Shown here one piece after another: positions 16,834-25,933 of a stretch of 39,942 bases of DNA. The stretch is from Spirochaetaceae bacterium (GTDB taxonomy: Bacteria; Spirochaetota; Spirochaetia; B11-G9): the NCBI GenBank assembly GCA_030638735.1, contig DAOWEB010000404.1:1-39942 (forward strand), given 5' to 3'. Below the pieces are notes generated by a model. The model was not told the DNA's origin. It worked only from the letters and a program-made list of their open reading frames with translations, and made no database searches. Numbering within the stretch: position 1 is the stretch's first letter; each line of letters opens with the position of its first letter. The position numbers were made by a program, and so were the translations under genes.

Positions 16834-19182
16834 ATGAGCGTTAATGCACTTTTTAAGAAAATAATTCTGGAATCGCCCGTTGGTTTAGTTATTTTGGGTA
16901 AAAATGGAAAGATTCACTTTAGTAATAAACAATTCAAATCCCTAATTCCAAAAGTAGAAGAACTAAAGGGGTATGATTTTAAATTAATTATTCATCCTGA
17001 TGACAGAGAAAAATATGTAAATGATTTTAATGATCTGATTAATGGTATTAAAAGTTCTTTTTCTGAAGATTATCGTTATGAAAATTACAACAATAAAGAT
17101 GAATGGTTCCGTTTTAGAGTTTCCTCAGTACAGGAAGATTCTGATGCTAATTGGTATGTTGCAGCATTTATCGAGGATATCACAGCTCAGAGGGCTTATG
17201 AATTACAGTTGAAAGAGGAGAAAGGAGAAGCAGAAAGATCTTCACAGATCAAATCAGATTTTTTAGCAAATATGAGCCATGAGATAAGAACACCTATACA
17301 TACGATAATAGGTATGTCAGAACTTATGAACGATACTAAACTCGATAAGGAACAGCAGGAGTATGCACAACAGATAGAGTATTCTGCAGAAGTTCTTCTT
17401 GGACTAATAAATGATATTCTTGATTTTTCAAAAATTGAAGCTGGTAAACTTCATATTGAGGAAATTGATTTTGATCTTTATGAGATGGCAGAAAATGCTG
17501 TTGATATGATAGCACTTGAAGCTCATAAACGGGGTCTTGAAACAGCAATTTTTATAGAAAATCAGGTTCCTGTCTTATTAAAAAGTGATCCTGTAAGACT
17601 TAGACAAATTGTTGTAAATTTATTTAATAATGCTGTTAAATTTACACATAAAGGTTCTATTCAGGTTCATATTATATTAGTGGAAGATATGGGAGAAAGT
17701 GTAAAATTAAAAATTAGTGTTGTTGATACTGGTATTGGTATCCCTTTAGAAAAAAAAGAAAAACTCTTTAAAGTCTTTTCACAGGTTGATTCCTCAACTA
17801 CAAGAAAATATGGCGGCTCGGGATTGGGTCTGTCTATATCAAAAAATCTGGCAGAAATGATGGGTGGAGAAATTGGTGTAGACAGTGAATTTGGTAAAGG
17901 ATCTACTTTCTGGTTTACAGTTGTTATGAGAAAACAAACTGATACAGAGCTTTCTACCAATCTGATTATTCCTAAAATAGATTCTAAAGTACTAATTGTT
18001 GATGATAATAAAGAGATACGTGGATTTCTCCGCAACTATCTGGAATTTGCAGGATGTACAGTTTATGAAGTTGATGATGGTTCTTCTGCACTTAAGTTCC
18101 TCAGGGATAGAAGTGGTACAAAGGATCAGATTGATCTTTGTTTGATAGATCTTATTCTTCCGGGTATGGATGGATGGCAGATAGCCAGTGAGATTCACTC
18201 GGATGATGCTATTTCCTCTGTAAAAAGGATTCTTTTAAGCCCTACTGGTAAAAGTGCAGATGAAGCTAAAATGAAACTTTTAAACTGGTTTGATGGTTAT
18301 CTGCATAAACCCATTAAAAAGAAAGGTTTTTTTGCTGAGATTTTACAGGTATTAAATAAATCAGAAGAAATACTTGATGAGATATCACCAGTTGAGGAAC
18401 TGGAAGAGCTTGTAGAGCTTGAGGATGAATCTATTGTTGCAAAAATTCTTGTGGCGGAAGATCATGCTGTAAATCAGATGCTGTTTAAAACTATTCTTGA
18501 AAATTTTGGACATGATGTTGATATAGCAAATAATGGGCTTGAAGCAGTATCGGCTGTAAAGTTAAAAAGCTATGATGTTATTTTTATGGATGTACAGATG
18601 CCTGAAATGAACGGGTATGAAGCTACTATTGAAATTCGAAAATTAGGTTCAAAAACTCCAATTATTGCAGTAACTGCCAGTGCAATCAAAGGTGAGAAAG
18701 AAAAATGTATATCTGTTGGAATGACAGATTTTCTTACAAAACCATTTAAAAAGAAAGATATTATTCCTGTTTTAGACAAATGGCTTAGCAAAATGGATAA
18801 AACTGAACAAATTAAAAATATATCTGAAGAAGCAGCTGGTGTTTCAGATATGGATATTTTTGATTTTAAACAGGCTGTAGAAGTTTTTATGGGGAAGGAA
18901 CATATTGTTACTAATCTATTAAAAGGGTTTATAATTAAAGTTGAAGATCAGATTAAAAATATGTATTCAAATTTTGAAAATGGAGATTTTGATGCTTTAA
19001 GGCAGGATGCTCATTCTATAAAAGGCGGATCTTCAAATTTATATATTAATCGACTCTCTTCTGCTGCAAAAAATCTGGAATCTGCTGCTGTTGAAAATGA
19101 TTCAGGATGTAAGGTTTTAATCGATAAAGTAAAAAAAGAGTTTGATGAATTTTTAATAGTAAAAAATAAAATTACTGGATGA
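16834..19182 (+). CDS. Hybrid sensor histidine kinase (PAS, HisKA, HATPase_c, REC, REC, HPt)
   Basis: 782-aa ORF. It has the H-box SHEIRTPIHTIIG, N/G boxes (NAVKFT, DTGIGI, GGSGLGLSI), two receiver domains (LIDLILPGMDG and IFMDVQMPEMNG) and a C-terminal HPt (DAHSIKGGSSNL). Confidence 0.9.
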   Translation: MSVNALFKKIILESPVGLVILGKNGKIHFSNKQFKSLIPKVEELKGYDFKLIIHPDDREKYVNDFNDLINGIKSSFSEDYRYENYNNKDEWFRFRVSSVQEDSDANWYVAAFIEDITAQRAYELQLKEEKGEAERSSQIKSDFLANMSHEIRTPIHTIIGMSELMNDTKLDKEQQEYAQQIEYSAEVLLGLINDILDFSKIEAGKLHIEEIDFDLYEMAENAVDMIALEAHKRGLETAIFIENQVPVLLKSDPVRLRQIVVNLFNNAVKFTHKGSIQVHIILVEDMGESVKLKISVVDTGIGIPLEKKEKLFKVFSQVDSSTTRKYGGSGLGLSISKNLAEMMGGEIGVDSEFGKGSTFWFTVVMRKQTDTELSTNLIIPKIDSKVLIVDDNKEIRGFLRNYLEFAGCTVYEVDDGSSALKFLRDRSGTKDQIDLCLIDLILPGMDGWQIASEIHSDDAISSVKRILLSPTGKSADEAKMKLLNWFDGYLHKPIKKKGFFAEILQVLNKSEEILDEISPVEELEELVELEDESIVAKILVAEDHAVNQMLFKTILENFGHDVDIANNGLEAVSAVKLKSYDVIFMDVQMPEMNGYEATIEIRKLGSKTPIIAVTASAIKGEKEKCISVGMTDFLTKPFKKKDIIPVLDKWLSKMDKTEQIKNISEEAAGVSDMDIFDFKQAVEVFMGKEHIVTNLLKGFIIKVEDQIKNMYSNFENGDFDALRQDAHSIKGGSSNLYINRLSSAAKNLESAAVENDSGCKVLIDKVKKEFDEFLIVKNKITG

Positions 19183-19885
19183 AGACAACACTTTCCCATC
19201 CTGATTCTATTAGCAAAGACTTTATAAATTCATTTCCTCTTGCTTCTGCACTTTTAAGTATTCCATCTTCCAGAACCTTTATTCTGATTTTTTCTTCAAC
19301 ATAGTTTGTAATTTGTTTCCAGTTCATAGGGTCTATATCCATATCAGGGTATTGGTATTTACTACTGACAGGGTCTTCTATTGTGAATTTTGTAATAATA
19401 GTTTGAGGTATTCTGAGGGAAATATTTTTTCCCTCAATTATAATATCTTCTTCGTTTATTTTATCTTCAAAATTAAATCCGGCTTCAACTATTGATGTTA
19501 TTACAACAAAATCATAAATATCATGTTCCGGATCTATCCCAATGGATATGCATTGATCATAAAGCCAAAGATTGTTCTTTTCTGTTGTTGTCATGAACTC
19601 ATTTTCTGTTCTTTTTGATAAAATTTGTTTCCAGTCTGTTTCCTTATCAAGAAAATCAAAAGGGAAAACAGATTTATAAATGTATTCTACCGTTGAGAGT
19701 GTAGAAACTTTATGGATTTCTCTGAGTATGATCTCCGTGGATGATGATTTTGTATTATAAATAAAAGGTATTTTAATGCCAAATTCAGGGAATACTGTTA
19801 TAAGGATTACGGTTGTGACAATTAATATCAGCAGGGTAATCAATAGAAATTTGTGTTTTATTTTGCCTTTTGATCTGCCTGACAC
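19172..19885 (-). CDS. DUF4230-like protein with an N-terminal membrane anchor
   Basis: 237-aa ORF. Its GTG start directly abuts the upstream stop. It has the TM segment FLLITLLILIVTTVILITVF, and LSTVEYIYKSVFPF ... VEAGFNF ... ISLRIPQTIIT follows the DUF4230 pattern. Confidence 0.5.
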   Translation of the reverse strand: MSGRSKGKIKHKFLLITLLILIVTTVILITVFPEFGIKIPFIYNTKSSSTEIILREIHKVSTLSTVEYIYKSVFPFDFLDKETDWKQILSKRTENEFMTTTEKNNLWLYDQCISIGIDPEHDIYDFVVITSIVEAGFNFEDKINEEDIIIEGKNISLRIPQTIITKFTIEDPVSSKYQYPDMDIDPMNWKQITNYVEEKIRIKVLEDGILKSAEARGNEFIKSLLIESGWESVVFIQ

Positions 19886-20449
19886 TTAGGGAATCCTCCA
19901 CTTAAAAGAAACTTTTGATATTCCATAAACCGAGAATATTTTTAATATCAAATCCTCTGCATTGTTTTTTGCTTTTATAAGAATACCCCTTTCAATTGCA
20001 TCATTTTTAATATTATCCTTACTCTTTACAATCTCATCATAATAATCCAGATGGGATATCTTATCTCCCCATTCTTTAACAAAAAATTGATGTATACTTC
20101 CCTCATCGGCATCGATCATTAATATTTCCGGTTCAGGTAGAATTATTTGGATGGAACCATCAGTTATTTTTCTAATTTCAATTCCTTTTGTAAGATCAAT
20201 TCCTGCATTTATAATAAGATCGATAGAAAAAAGGAGACGTTTATCCAGATGCTTTATACCAAAAAAACGGGCTTCCTGACCAATATAAATTATTTCTCTA
20301 TATACATATTCTATGGTAGGCAGATCTAAAATACCCCTTATCTGATTTTCTATAACAGGTTTTGATAAATTTTGATTTGGAGTACATGAAGAGAGTAAAA
20401 TTAAAACTAGAATGAATGGTAAAGATTTAAACCAGTTGTTTTGCTTCAT
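19886..20449 (-). CDS. DUF4230-like lipoprotein
   Basis: The preferred start is ATG 20449 (MKQNNWFKSLPFILVLILLSSC, with a lipobox LSSC) rather than the tracked 20500. LPTIEYVYREII ... INAGIDLTKG ... IQIILPEPEIL matches the DUF4230 pattern. The start lies 23 nt inside the upstream HEAT gene. Confidence 0.55.
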   Translation of the reverse strand: MKQNNWFKSLPFILVLILLSSCTPNQNLSKPVIENQIRGILDLPTIEYVYREIIYIGQEARFFGIKHLDKRLLFSIDLIINAGIDLTKGIEIRKITDGSIQIILPEPEILMIDADEGSIHQFFVKEWGDKISHLDYYDEIVKSKDNIKNDAIERGILIKAKNNAEDLILKIFSVYGISKVSFKWRIP

Positions 20450-23006
20450 ATCTCTCCAGTGCCCACAGAGTATACTTTTGTACCCTTTTTTCAGGATCAT
20501 TTTTTAAATCTTCTAATATTGAAAACCCTTCGGTTGAATTTAACAGATCCAGTGCCTTTATAACCTGTATACGGATTTCAGGGTCAGGATCTTTTACTGC
20601 CAGAATAATACCACGGAAGGCTTTTTTTGTCCCTGTTTTTAATAGAAACTCAGCGGCTTTTCTTCTTATAGTAAGATCTCTATGAGCCAGTTGTCTAATT
20701 CTCAGGTCTATAATACCTGAGTCGTCAAGAATGGATACTGCATGTTTGTGTATTATTTTATTATCAGAAAACAGAAGTGTTTCAATAATTGTTTCTGCTT
20801 TATCTCCCATTATTTTAATAGCTTTAATAATATTTTGTCTAACTGCAGAAGTTGTCTTTTCCATAAAATTTAATATTATAACAATATCATCCTGACTCTC
20901 TTTTTTACTTAAAGTTCTTATTGTTTCTTCCTGAAGTTCTATATTTTCTTCTAACTTCAGGAGAAGAATATTCAGAACTTCCCTGGATTTTGAGATTGAT
21001 AAACCGTGAAGAACTGCATTTTTAACTGATAAACTTTCATTTGTGTCAAATAATGTCTGTTTTAATATAGTAAGTGTTTGAGGGGTTCCCAGTGCCGCCA
21101 GGGTATTTCCCACTTCCTTTCGTACACTTTCTACAGGATCTCTTAGAAGGTCAAAACAGGACGATAGAAATTCTCCTTTGTTATAGTCACTTAAGGCCCA
21201 AACTGCAGCAATTCTAACTTCAGGATTGCTGTCATGAAGGGATTTTTTTATTTCAGGTAAAAATATCTTACGCTCTTTTTCCGGCAGGGCTGCTATTAAG
21301 TGTGAAATAGAGGATGAATCACCAAAAGATAAAATATTTTTAACTTTCGATCTAAACGCAGAAGTATCATTTTTAATTAACAGCAATGAGTATTGCTTTG
21401 CTTCTTCAAGTGGAAGAATATAAAGATTTTCAAGGATATATTGAGTGCAGTGGGGTAAATTTATCGAACCCAATACTTTTAATGCTTCCATTCTAATGTC
21501 CGTAATCCATTTACCATTATCTTTTTTCAGGATATCTATTATTTCAGATAAGATAGAGCTTGCAGGTAATTTTATTAATGCTTTCCTTAGTTCTATACTG
21601 GAATTGTAATGTTCATCTTTAAGAAAATCCAGTAGTGTAGGTGCAAAAATATTTTCTCTATTATCAGGTAGTTTTCCTAAAATCCAATCTTGAAATGATT
21701 GATCATATTTTCGTTTTTTAATTTCAGAATTTAGTAATTCCAATGTTTCATCTGTTCCCCTTATACAGGCTGAAATAATTGAATTTTCATAAATTTCTTT
21801 GTATGGTTGTATATCTCTCTGTTCCTGAGGGATTTCAAGTACTTTTTTTATTAGCTTTAAAATAATATTTCTATCACCATTTTTTATTAATATCCTGGAG
21901 GCCAGTAGAAGAGCACCAGGGGAAATATTTGGATCAGATAGATCTATAAAAGAGGTACAGTTGACTCCTATGGCAATTTTCAATATTGAATAAGTATCTT
22001 CAAAACCTTTGGCATATCCCGGGTCGGCTGATAAAAATAATCTTCTTAAAGTTCCATTTTTAGAAAGGAACCTTGAGGCATAGAGTTCAAGTTCTTTATT
22101 TCCTGTTCTCATAAATTCAATAGCAATATTTTCATCCTGTTTTGATTCAGGATTCATAAGTTCAATTAGATGGAGCTGTTGAGTAATATCTAATTCAAAT
22201 GGGACAATCTGATAGAGATCATGGAAGTCGGAACTAATACGTTCTCTGGCAGCCTTTCTTACTTCAAAAGAGGGGTCATTTAAGATTAAAGAATTAAGAA
22301 TATTGTATAATTTTTTTCTTTTATCAGAAACAAATAGCTTTACTGAAGATATTCTGACAAATACACTGGGATCATTAAAGCTTTCCCAAACAGCTGCTTT
22401 ACTTCTTTCTCCATCATTAAATATAAGAATATTAATTGCAAAATACCTTGATTTCCACTCATAATCACCAAGCATTTCAATAATCTCATCTATTCGATCT
22501 TTAAAAAGAAAAAGTGCTTTTTGTCCATTAAAATATTCTCCATTACCAGAAAGAGCAATTTTTCTAAGGACCATAAATTCTCCACTTTTATCGATCCATT
22601 CCAATAATATAGTTTGTAATTTAATATTTTTCAAAGAAGATTTCATTACAGCAAAAAGTCCCTTGTCCGGAGAATACTTCAATACTTTGCTTATTATCTT
22701 TTTTCTTCTATTTTTTCTAATTTGTTTTATCCAGAGATCATCCAGGCCAAGTAAAACCGGTAGGTTAAGACTATGTTTTATTGATAATTTTTCAATAAAA
22801 GTTCCAAATAATACAAGTATCCATTCAGAATAGTTTATAGATATATTTTCCTGAAAAAGATTTTCTACGTGATTATTAATATCTTTTGCTATTTGTCTTT
22901 TGAGGATAAAAAAATATAGTAATATCCCTAAAGATATAATTCCGGATATAAGGACTATTATTCCTATAAGAGAAGATTCTTTTATAAAAGATATTGAATC
23001 ATTCAT
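20427..23006 (-). CDS. Membrane-anchored HEAT/PBS-lyase-like repeat protein
   Basis: 859-aa ORF with the N-terminal TM LIGIIVLISGIISLGILLYFFIL. It carries many D(P/S)xxxVR repeats (NDPSVFVRISS, NDPSFEVRKAA, DSNPEVRIAAVWAL, RDPVESVRKEVGNTL, KDPDPEIRIQVIKAL, NDPEKRVQKYTLWAL). Confidence 0.7.
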   Translation of the reverse strand: MNDSISFIKESSLIGIIVLISGIISLGILLYFFILKRQIAKDINNHVENLFQENISINYSEWILVLFGTFIEKLSIKHSLNLPVLLGLDDLWIKQIRKNRRKKIISKVLKYSPDKGLFAVMKSSLKNIKLQTILLEWIDKSGEFMVLRKIALSGNGEYFNGQKALFLFKDRIDEIIEMLGDYEWKSRYFAINILIFNDGERSKAAVWESFNDPSVFVRISSVKLFVSDKRKKLYNILNSLILNDPSFEVRKAARERISSDFHDLYQIVPFELDITQQLHLIELMNPESKQDENIAIEFMRTGNKELELYASRFLSKNGTLRRLFLSADPGYAKGFEDTYSILKIAIGVNCTSFIDLSDPNISPGALLLASRILIKNGDRNIILKLIKKVLEIPQEQRDIQPYKEIYENSIISACIRGTDETLELLNSEIKKRKYDQSFQDWILGKLPDNRENIFAPTLLDFLKDEHYNSSIELRKALIKLPASSILSEIIDILKKDNGKWITDIRMEALKVLGSINLPHCTQYILENLYILPLEEAKQYSLLLIKNDTSAFRSKVKNILSFGDSSSISHLIAALPEKERKIFLPEIKKSLHDSNPEVRIAAVWALSDYNKGEFLSSCFDLLRDPVESVRKEVGNTLAALGTPQTLTILKQTLFDTNESLSVKNAVLHGLSISKSREVLNILLLKLEENIELQEETIRTLSKKESQDDIVIILNFMEKTTSAVRQNIIKAIKIMGDKAETIIETLLFSDNKIIHKHAVSILDDSGIIDLRIRQLAHRDLTIRRKAAEFLLKTGTKKAFRGIILAVKDPDPEIRIQVIKALDLLNSTEGFSILEDLKNDPEKRVQKYTLWALERYEAKQLV

Positions 23007-23031
23007 TTCAAACTCCTTAACCTGACAGGGG

Positions 23032-23129
23032 CGAAGTCACGACCAGGCTTAGGTTGCTGAGATCGTTCCTCATCGCTTCGCTCTTCCGGTACGACTCATT
23101 GCCGAGCAGTGACGAAGTCACGACCAGGC
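23032..23129. repeat. GC-rich insertion-like element bounded by 17-bp direct repeats (CGAAGTCACGACCAGGC)
   Basis: Identical 17-mers lie at 23032..23048 and 23113..23129, 81 bp apart start to start. The whole 23021..23130 tract is far more GC-rich than its surroundings. The second copy supplies the last codons (VAWS) and the stop of the GAF-like gene. Confidence 0.6.
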
Positions 23130-23642
23130 GACAAGTTCTGTCCCTGATAAAATAGATGTTAAATTTTCAAGAAATAATATTTCTCTTTTTTTAAAGAAAT
23201 AAGGCTGTACTGAGTTAACAAACAGTACTCCGTATTCAATTTTTTTAATAAATATTGAGATAGCCATACCACTATTCATAGTTGAAGTTAATAAGATTTT
23301 TTCGAAGGGGCTTTGTTTTTGTGTATTTATGCAGACAAGTTTTTTTGATTCTGAGAGAAAGGATACAAGTTCCGTTTTTTGGTGAATATTTTCGGGTACT
23401 TTAGGGAAGCCTCTCTTTAAGTCAATTTTTAACCTGGTGTTTGTTTCATCTTTTAAATAAAAACAAGTTAAATCAGGATGGAGTGCAGTGTTTGCATATT
23501 CTATAAGAATTTCAAAAATATCAGTTTCTGTTTTTGCTTTAACTAACAGACCTCCTGCTTCCAGAAGTAGATCTGTGTAATAAAAACTCATATATTGATC
23601 AACTCCAGTATTGCTTAAGGGTATAGATATATTTTTTTTCAT
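23118..23642 (-). CDS. Small stand-alone GAF-like protein (hypothetical)
   Basis: 174-aa ORF. The pattern ...IFEILIEYANTALHPDLTCFYLKDETNTRLKI ... GMAISIFIKKIEYGVLFVNS ... FFKKREILFLENLTSIL resembles a GAF fold. This is pattern recognition only. Confidence 0.4.
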   Translation of the reverse strand: MKKNISIPLSNTGVDQYMSFYYTDLLLEAGGLLVKAKTETDIFEILIEYANTALHPDLTCFYLKDETNTRLKIDLKRGFPKVPENIHQKTELVSFLSESKKLVCINTQKQSPFEKILLTSTMNSGMAISIFIKKIEYGVLFVNSVQPYFFKKREILFLENLTSILSGTELVAWS

Positions 23643-23819
23643 AACAAGTCTCAGGGGATTGAATATTACACACTTTTACGGTAGAATCCCAGCCTGAATA
23701 GTAAGTCAGGCTAAATCTGCTTTAAGATCTTTTCTTTAACTGTTCAATAATAACATGAGAACACACAGCCTTCAAGGGAAAAAAGAGGGCTATCTATATT
23801 ATGTGAGGTATAATTTTCT

Positions 23820-25910
23820 ATGAAGACAGATATTTCTAAAATGAGAAATATTGGTATTAGTGCCCATATTGACTCGGGTAAAACTACTCTAACTGAACGT
23901 ATTCTATTTTATTGTAAAAGAATACATTCAATCCATGAAGTTCGTGGAAAGGATGGAGTTGGTGCAACCATGGACTCAATGGAGCTGGAAAAAGAGAGAG
24001 GTATTACAATTGCTTCTGCTGCAACCAGCGTTAACTGGAAGGGTTATGATATAAATATTATTGATACTCCCGGTCACGTCGATTTTACAATTGAAGTTGA
24101 ACGTGCATTAAGGGTCCTTGATGGCGCCGTACTGGTTCTTTGTTCTGTAGCCGGTGTTCAGTCTCAATCAATTACAGTTGACCGTCAGATGAAGAGGTAT
24201 AATGTCCCCAGGATAGCATTTGTAAACAAATGTGACCGTACCGGTGCAGATCCACTTAAGGTTAAAGATCAATTAGTTGAAAAGTTAGGTCATAATGCAG
24301 TAATGATACAGCTTCCAATTGGTCTGGAAGAAAAGCATGAGGGTCTTATTGATCTTGTTACTATGAAGGCGATCTATTATCGTGGATCCGATGGTGAGGG
24401 AATAGAAATAACTGATATTCCTTCTGAACTTTTTGGAGAAGCTGAAGAGAGACGAGAAGAGATGCTTGATTCTGTTTCAATGTTTTCTGATGAGCTCATG
24501 GAAGCAATAATGGAAGAGAATGTTACAGAAGATTTAATCATTGACGCCATAAGGAAGGGAACAATATCTCAGGAACTTACTCCTGTTTGCCTTGGTTCTG
24601 CTTATAAAAATAAGGGTGTTCAGGCACTTCTGGATGCTACAATAAAATATCTTCCGGATCCTACTGAAGTAGAGAATATTGCCCTTGATCTGGATGATGA
24701 AGAAAAAGAGATTATCCTTGAACATGATCTGGAAAAATCAAATGTTGCTCTGGCTTTTAAACTTGAAGATGGTCAGTATGGTCAGCTTACATATATTCGT
24801 GTTTATCAGGGACATATTAAAAAAGGAAGCGAACTATACAATACCAGAAGCAGAAAAAAGTTTAAGGTTGGTAGACTGATCAAAATGCATGCGGACCATA
24901 TGGAAGATATTACTGAAGCAGAATGTGGTGATATTGCTGCCCTTTTTGGTGTGGAATGTGCATCCGGAGATACATTTGTTCAGACAGGCCTTAACTATTC
25001 TATGACCAGTATGTTTGTTCCGGCACCTGTTATAAGTCTTTCAATTGAACCAAAGGATAAAAAAGCTGCTGATAATATGGGGAAAGCCTTAAACAGGTTT
25101 ACTAAAGAAGATCCTACTTTTAGAACCTTTGTAGATAAAGAATCAAACCAGACCATTATACAGGGAATGGGTGAACTTCATCTTGAAGTTTATGTTGAAA
25201 GGATGAAGCGTGAGTATGGAGCTGAAGTTGAAATTGGGAAACCCCAGGTTGCATACAGAGAAGCTATCAGTAAAATGGCTGAGTTTAACTATACTCATAA
25301 AAAACAGTCTGGTGGATCAGGGCAGTATGGTAGAGTAGCTGGTTTTATTGAGCCTTTTGAAGATGGTGAGTATGAGTTTATTAATAAAATTAAGGGTGGG
25401 TCTATTCCTACAGAATATATTCCAGCATGTGATAAGGGTTTCAAATCATCTCTTAATAAGGGGTCTTTAATAGGGTTCCCGATTGTGGGTGTAAAGGTAA
25501 CTATAAATGATGGTCAATCTCATTCAGTTGACTCTTCAGATATGGCATTCCAGCTCGCTGCCAGAGGTGCTTTTAGAGATGCATATACCAGGGCAAAGCC
25601 GGTAATACTTGAACCTATTATGAAAGTTTCAATTGAAGGTCCAACAGAGTTTCAGGGAAATGTTTTTGGTTCAGTAAATCAGCGAAGAGGAATAATAATC
25701 AGTTCTGCCGATGAGGGAACATTTTCCAGTGTTGATGCAGAAGTTCCTTTAAGTGAAATGTTTGGATTTTCAACAGCACTCCGTTCTCTTACTCAGGGAA
25801 AGGCTGAATTTTCTATGGAGTTCCTTAAATACGGGAAAGTTCCAAAGGGTATTTCAGACGAGCTGATCAAAGAATATGAAGAGAAACGAAGAAAAGAATC
25901 TGGCAAATAG
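23820..25910 (+). CDS. fusA: Elongation factor G paralogue (mitochondrial/spirochaete-like type, outside the str operon)
   Basis: 696-aa ORF. It has G1 [10 protein letters not shown]3 DTPGHVDF and G4 NKCD, and it is collinear with EF-G over the full length. [22 protein letters not shown] differs from the canonical NIGIMAHIDAGKTT. Confidence 0.93.
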   Translation: MKTDISKMRNIGISAHIDSGKTTLTERILFYCKRIHSIHEVRGKDGVGATMDSMELEKERGITIASAATSVNWKGYDINIIDTPGHVDFTIEVERALRVLDGAVLVLCSVAGVQSQSITVDRQMKRYNVPRIAFVNKCDRTGADPLKVKDQLVEKLGHNAVMIQLPIGLEEKHEGLIDLVTMKAIYYRGSDGEGIEITDIPSELFGEAEERREEMLDSVSMFSDELMEAIMEENVTEDLIIDAIRKGTISQELTPVCLGSAYKNKGVQALLDATIKYLPDPTEVENIALDLDDEEKEIILEHDLEKSNVALAFKLEDGQYGQLTYIRVYQGHIKKGSELYNTRSRKKFKVGRLIKMHADHMEDITEAECGDIAALFGVECASGDTFVQTGLNYSMTSMFVPAPVISLSIEPKDKKAADNMGKALNRFTKEDPTFRTFVDKESNQTIIQGMGELHLEVYVERMKREYGAEVEIGKPQVAYREAISKMAEFNYTHKKQSGGSGQYGRVAGFIEPFEDGEYEFINKIKGGSIPTEYIPACDKGFKSSLNKGSLIGFPIVGVKVTINDGQSHSVDSSDMAFQLAARGAFRDAYTRAKPVILEPIMKVSIEGPTEFQGNVFGSVNQRRGIIISSADEGTFSSVDAEVPLSEMFGFSTALRSLTQGKAEFSMEFLKYGKVPKGISDELIKEYEEKRRKESGK

Positions 25911-25933
25911 ATTCTTTCAGGAGGAATATATCA

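Noticed and set aside
20450-20500. N-terminal extension of the DUF4230-like ORF (MILKKGYKSILCGHWRD...).
   Set aside because: The internal Met at 20449 yields a clean lipoprotein signal peptide (MKQNNWFKSLPFILVLILLSSC). The extension would bury this signal and deepen the overlap with the HEAT gene.
23032-23129. The two 17-bp direct repeats could be a mini CRISPR array.
   Set aside because: There are only two copies, the repeats are too short, and the spacer is 64 bp. There is no repeat palindrome typical of CRISPR and no cas genes in the window. One copy is part of a coding sequence.
23805-23822. TATAAT (23809..23814) lies 5 nt before the fusA ATG, which might mean a leaderless transcript. 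Alternatively GAGG (23805..23808) acts as an SD with an 11-nt spacer.
   Set aside because: No convincing -35 or extended -10 is present, and the two readings are mutually exclusive. Sequence alone cannot decide between them, so no promoter is called.
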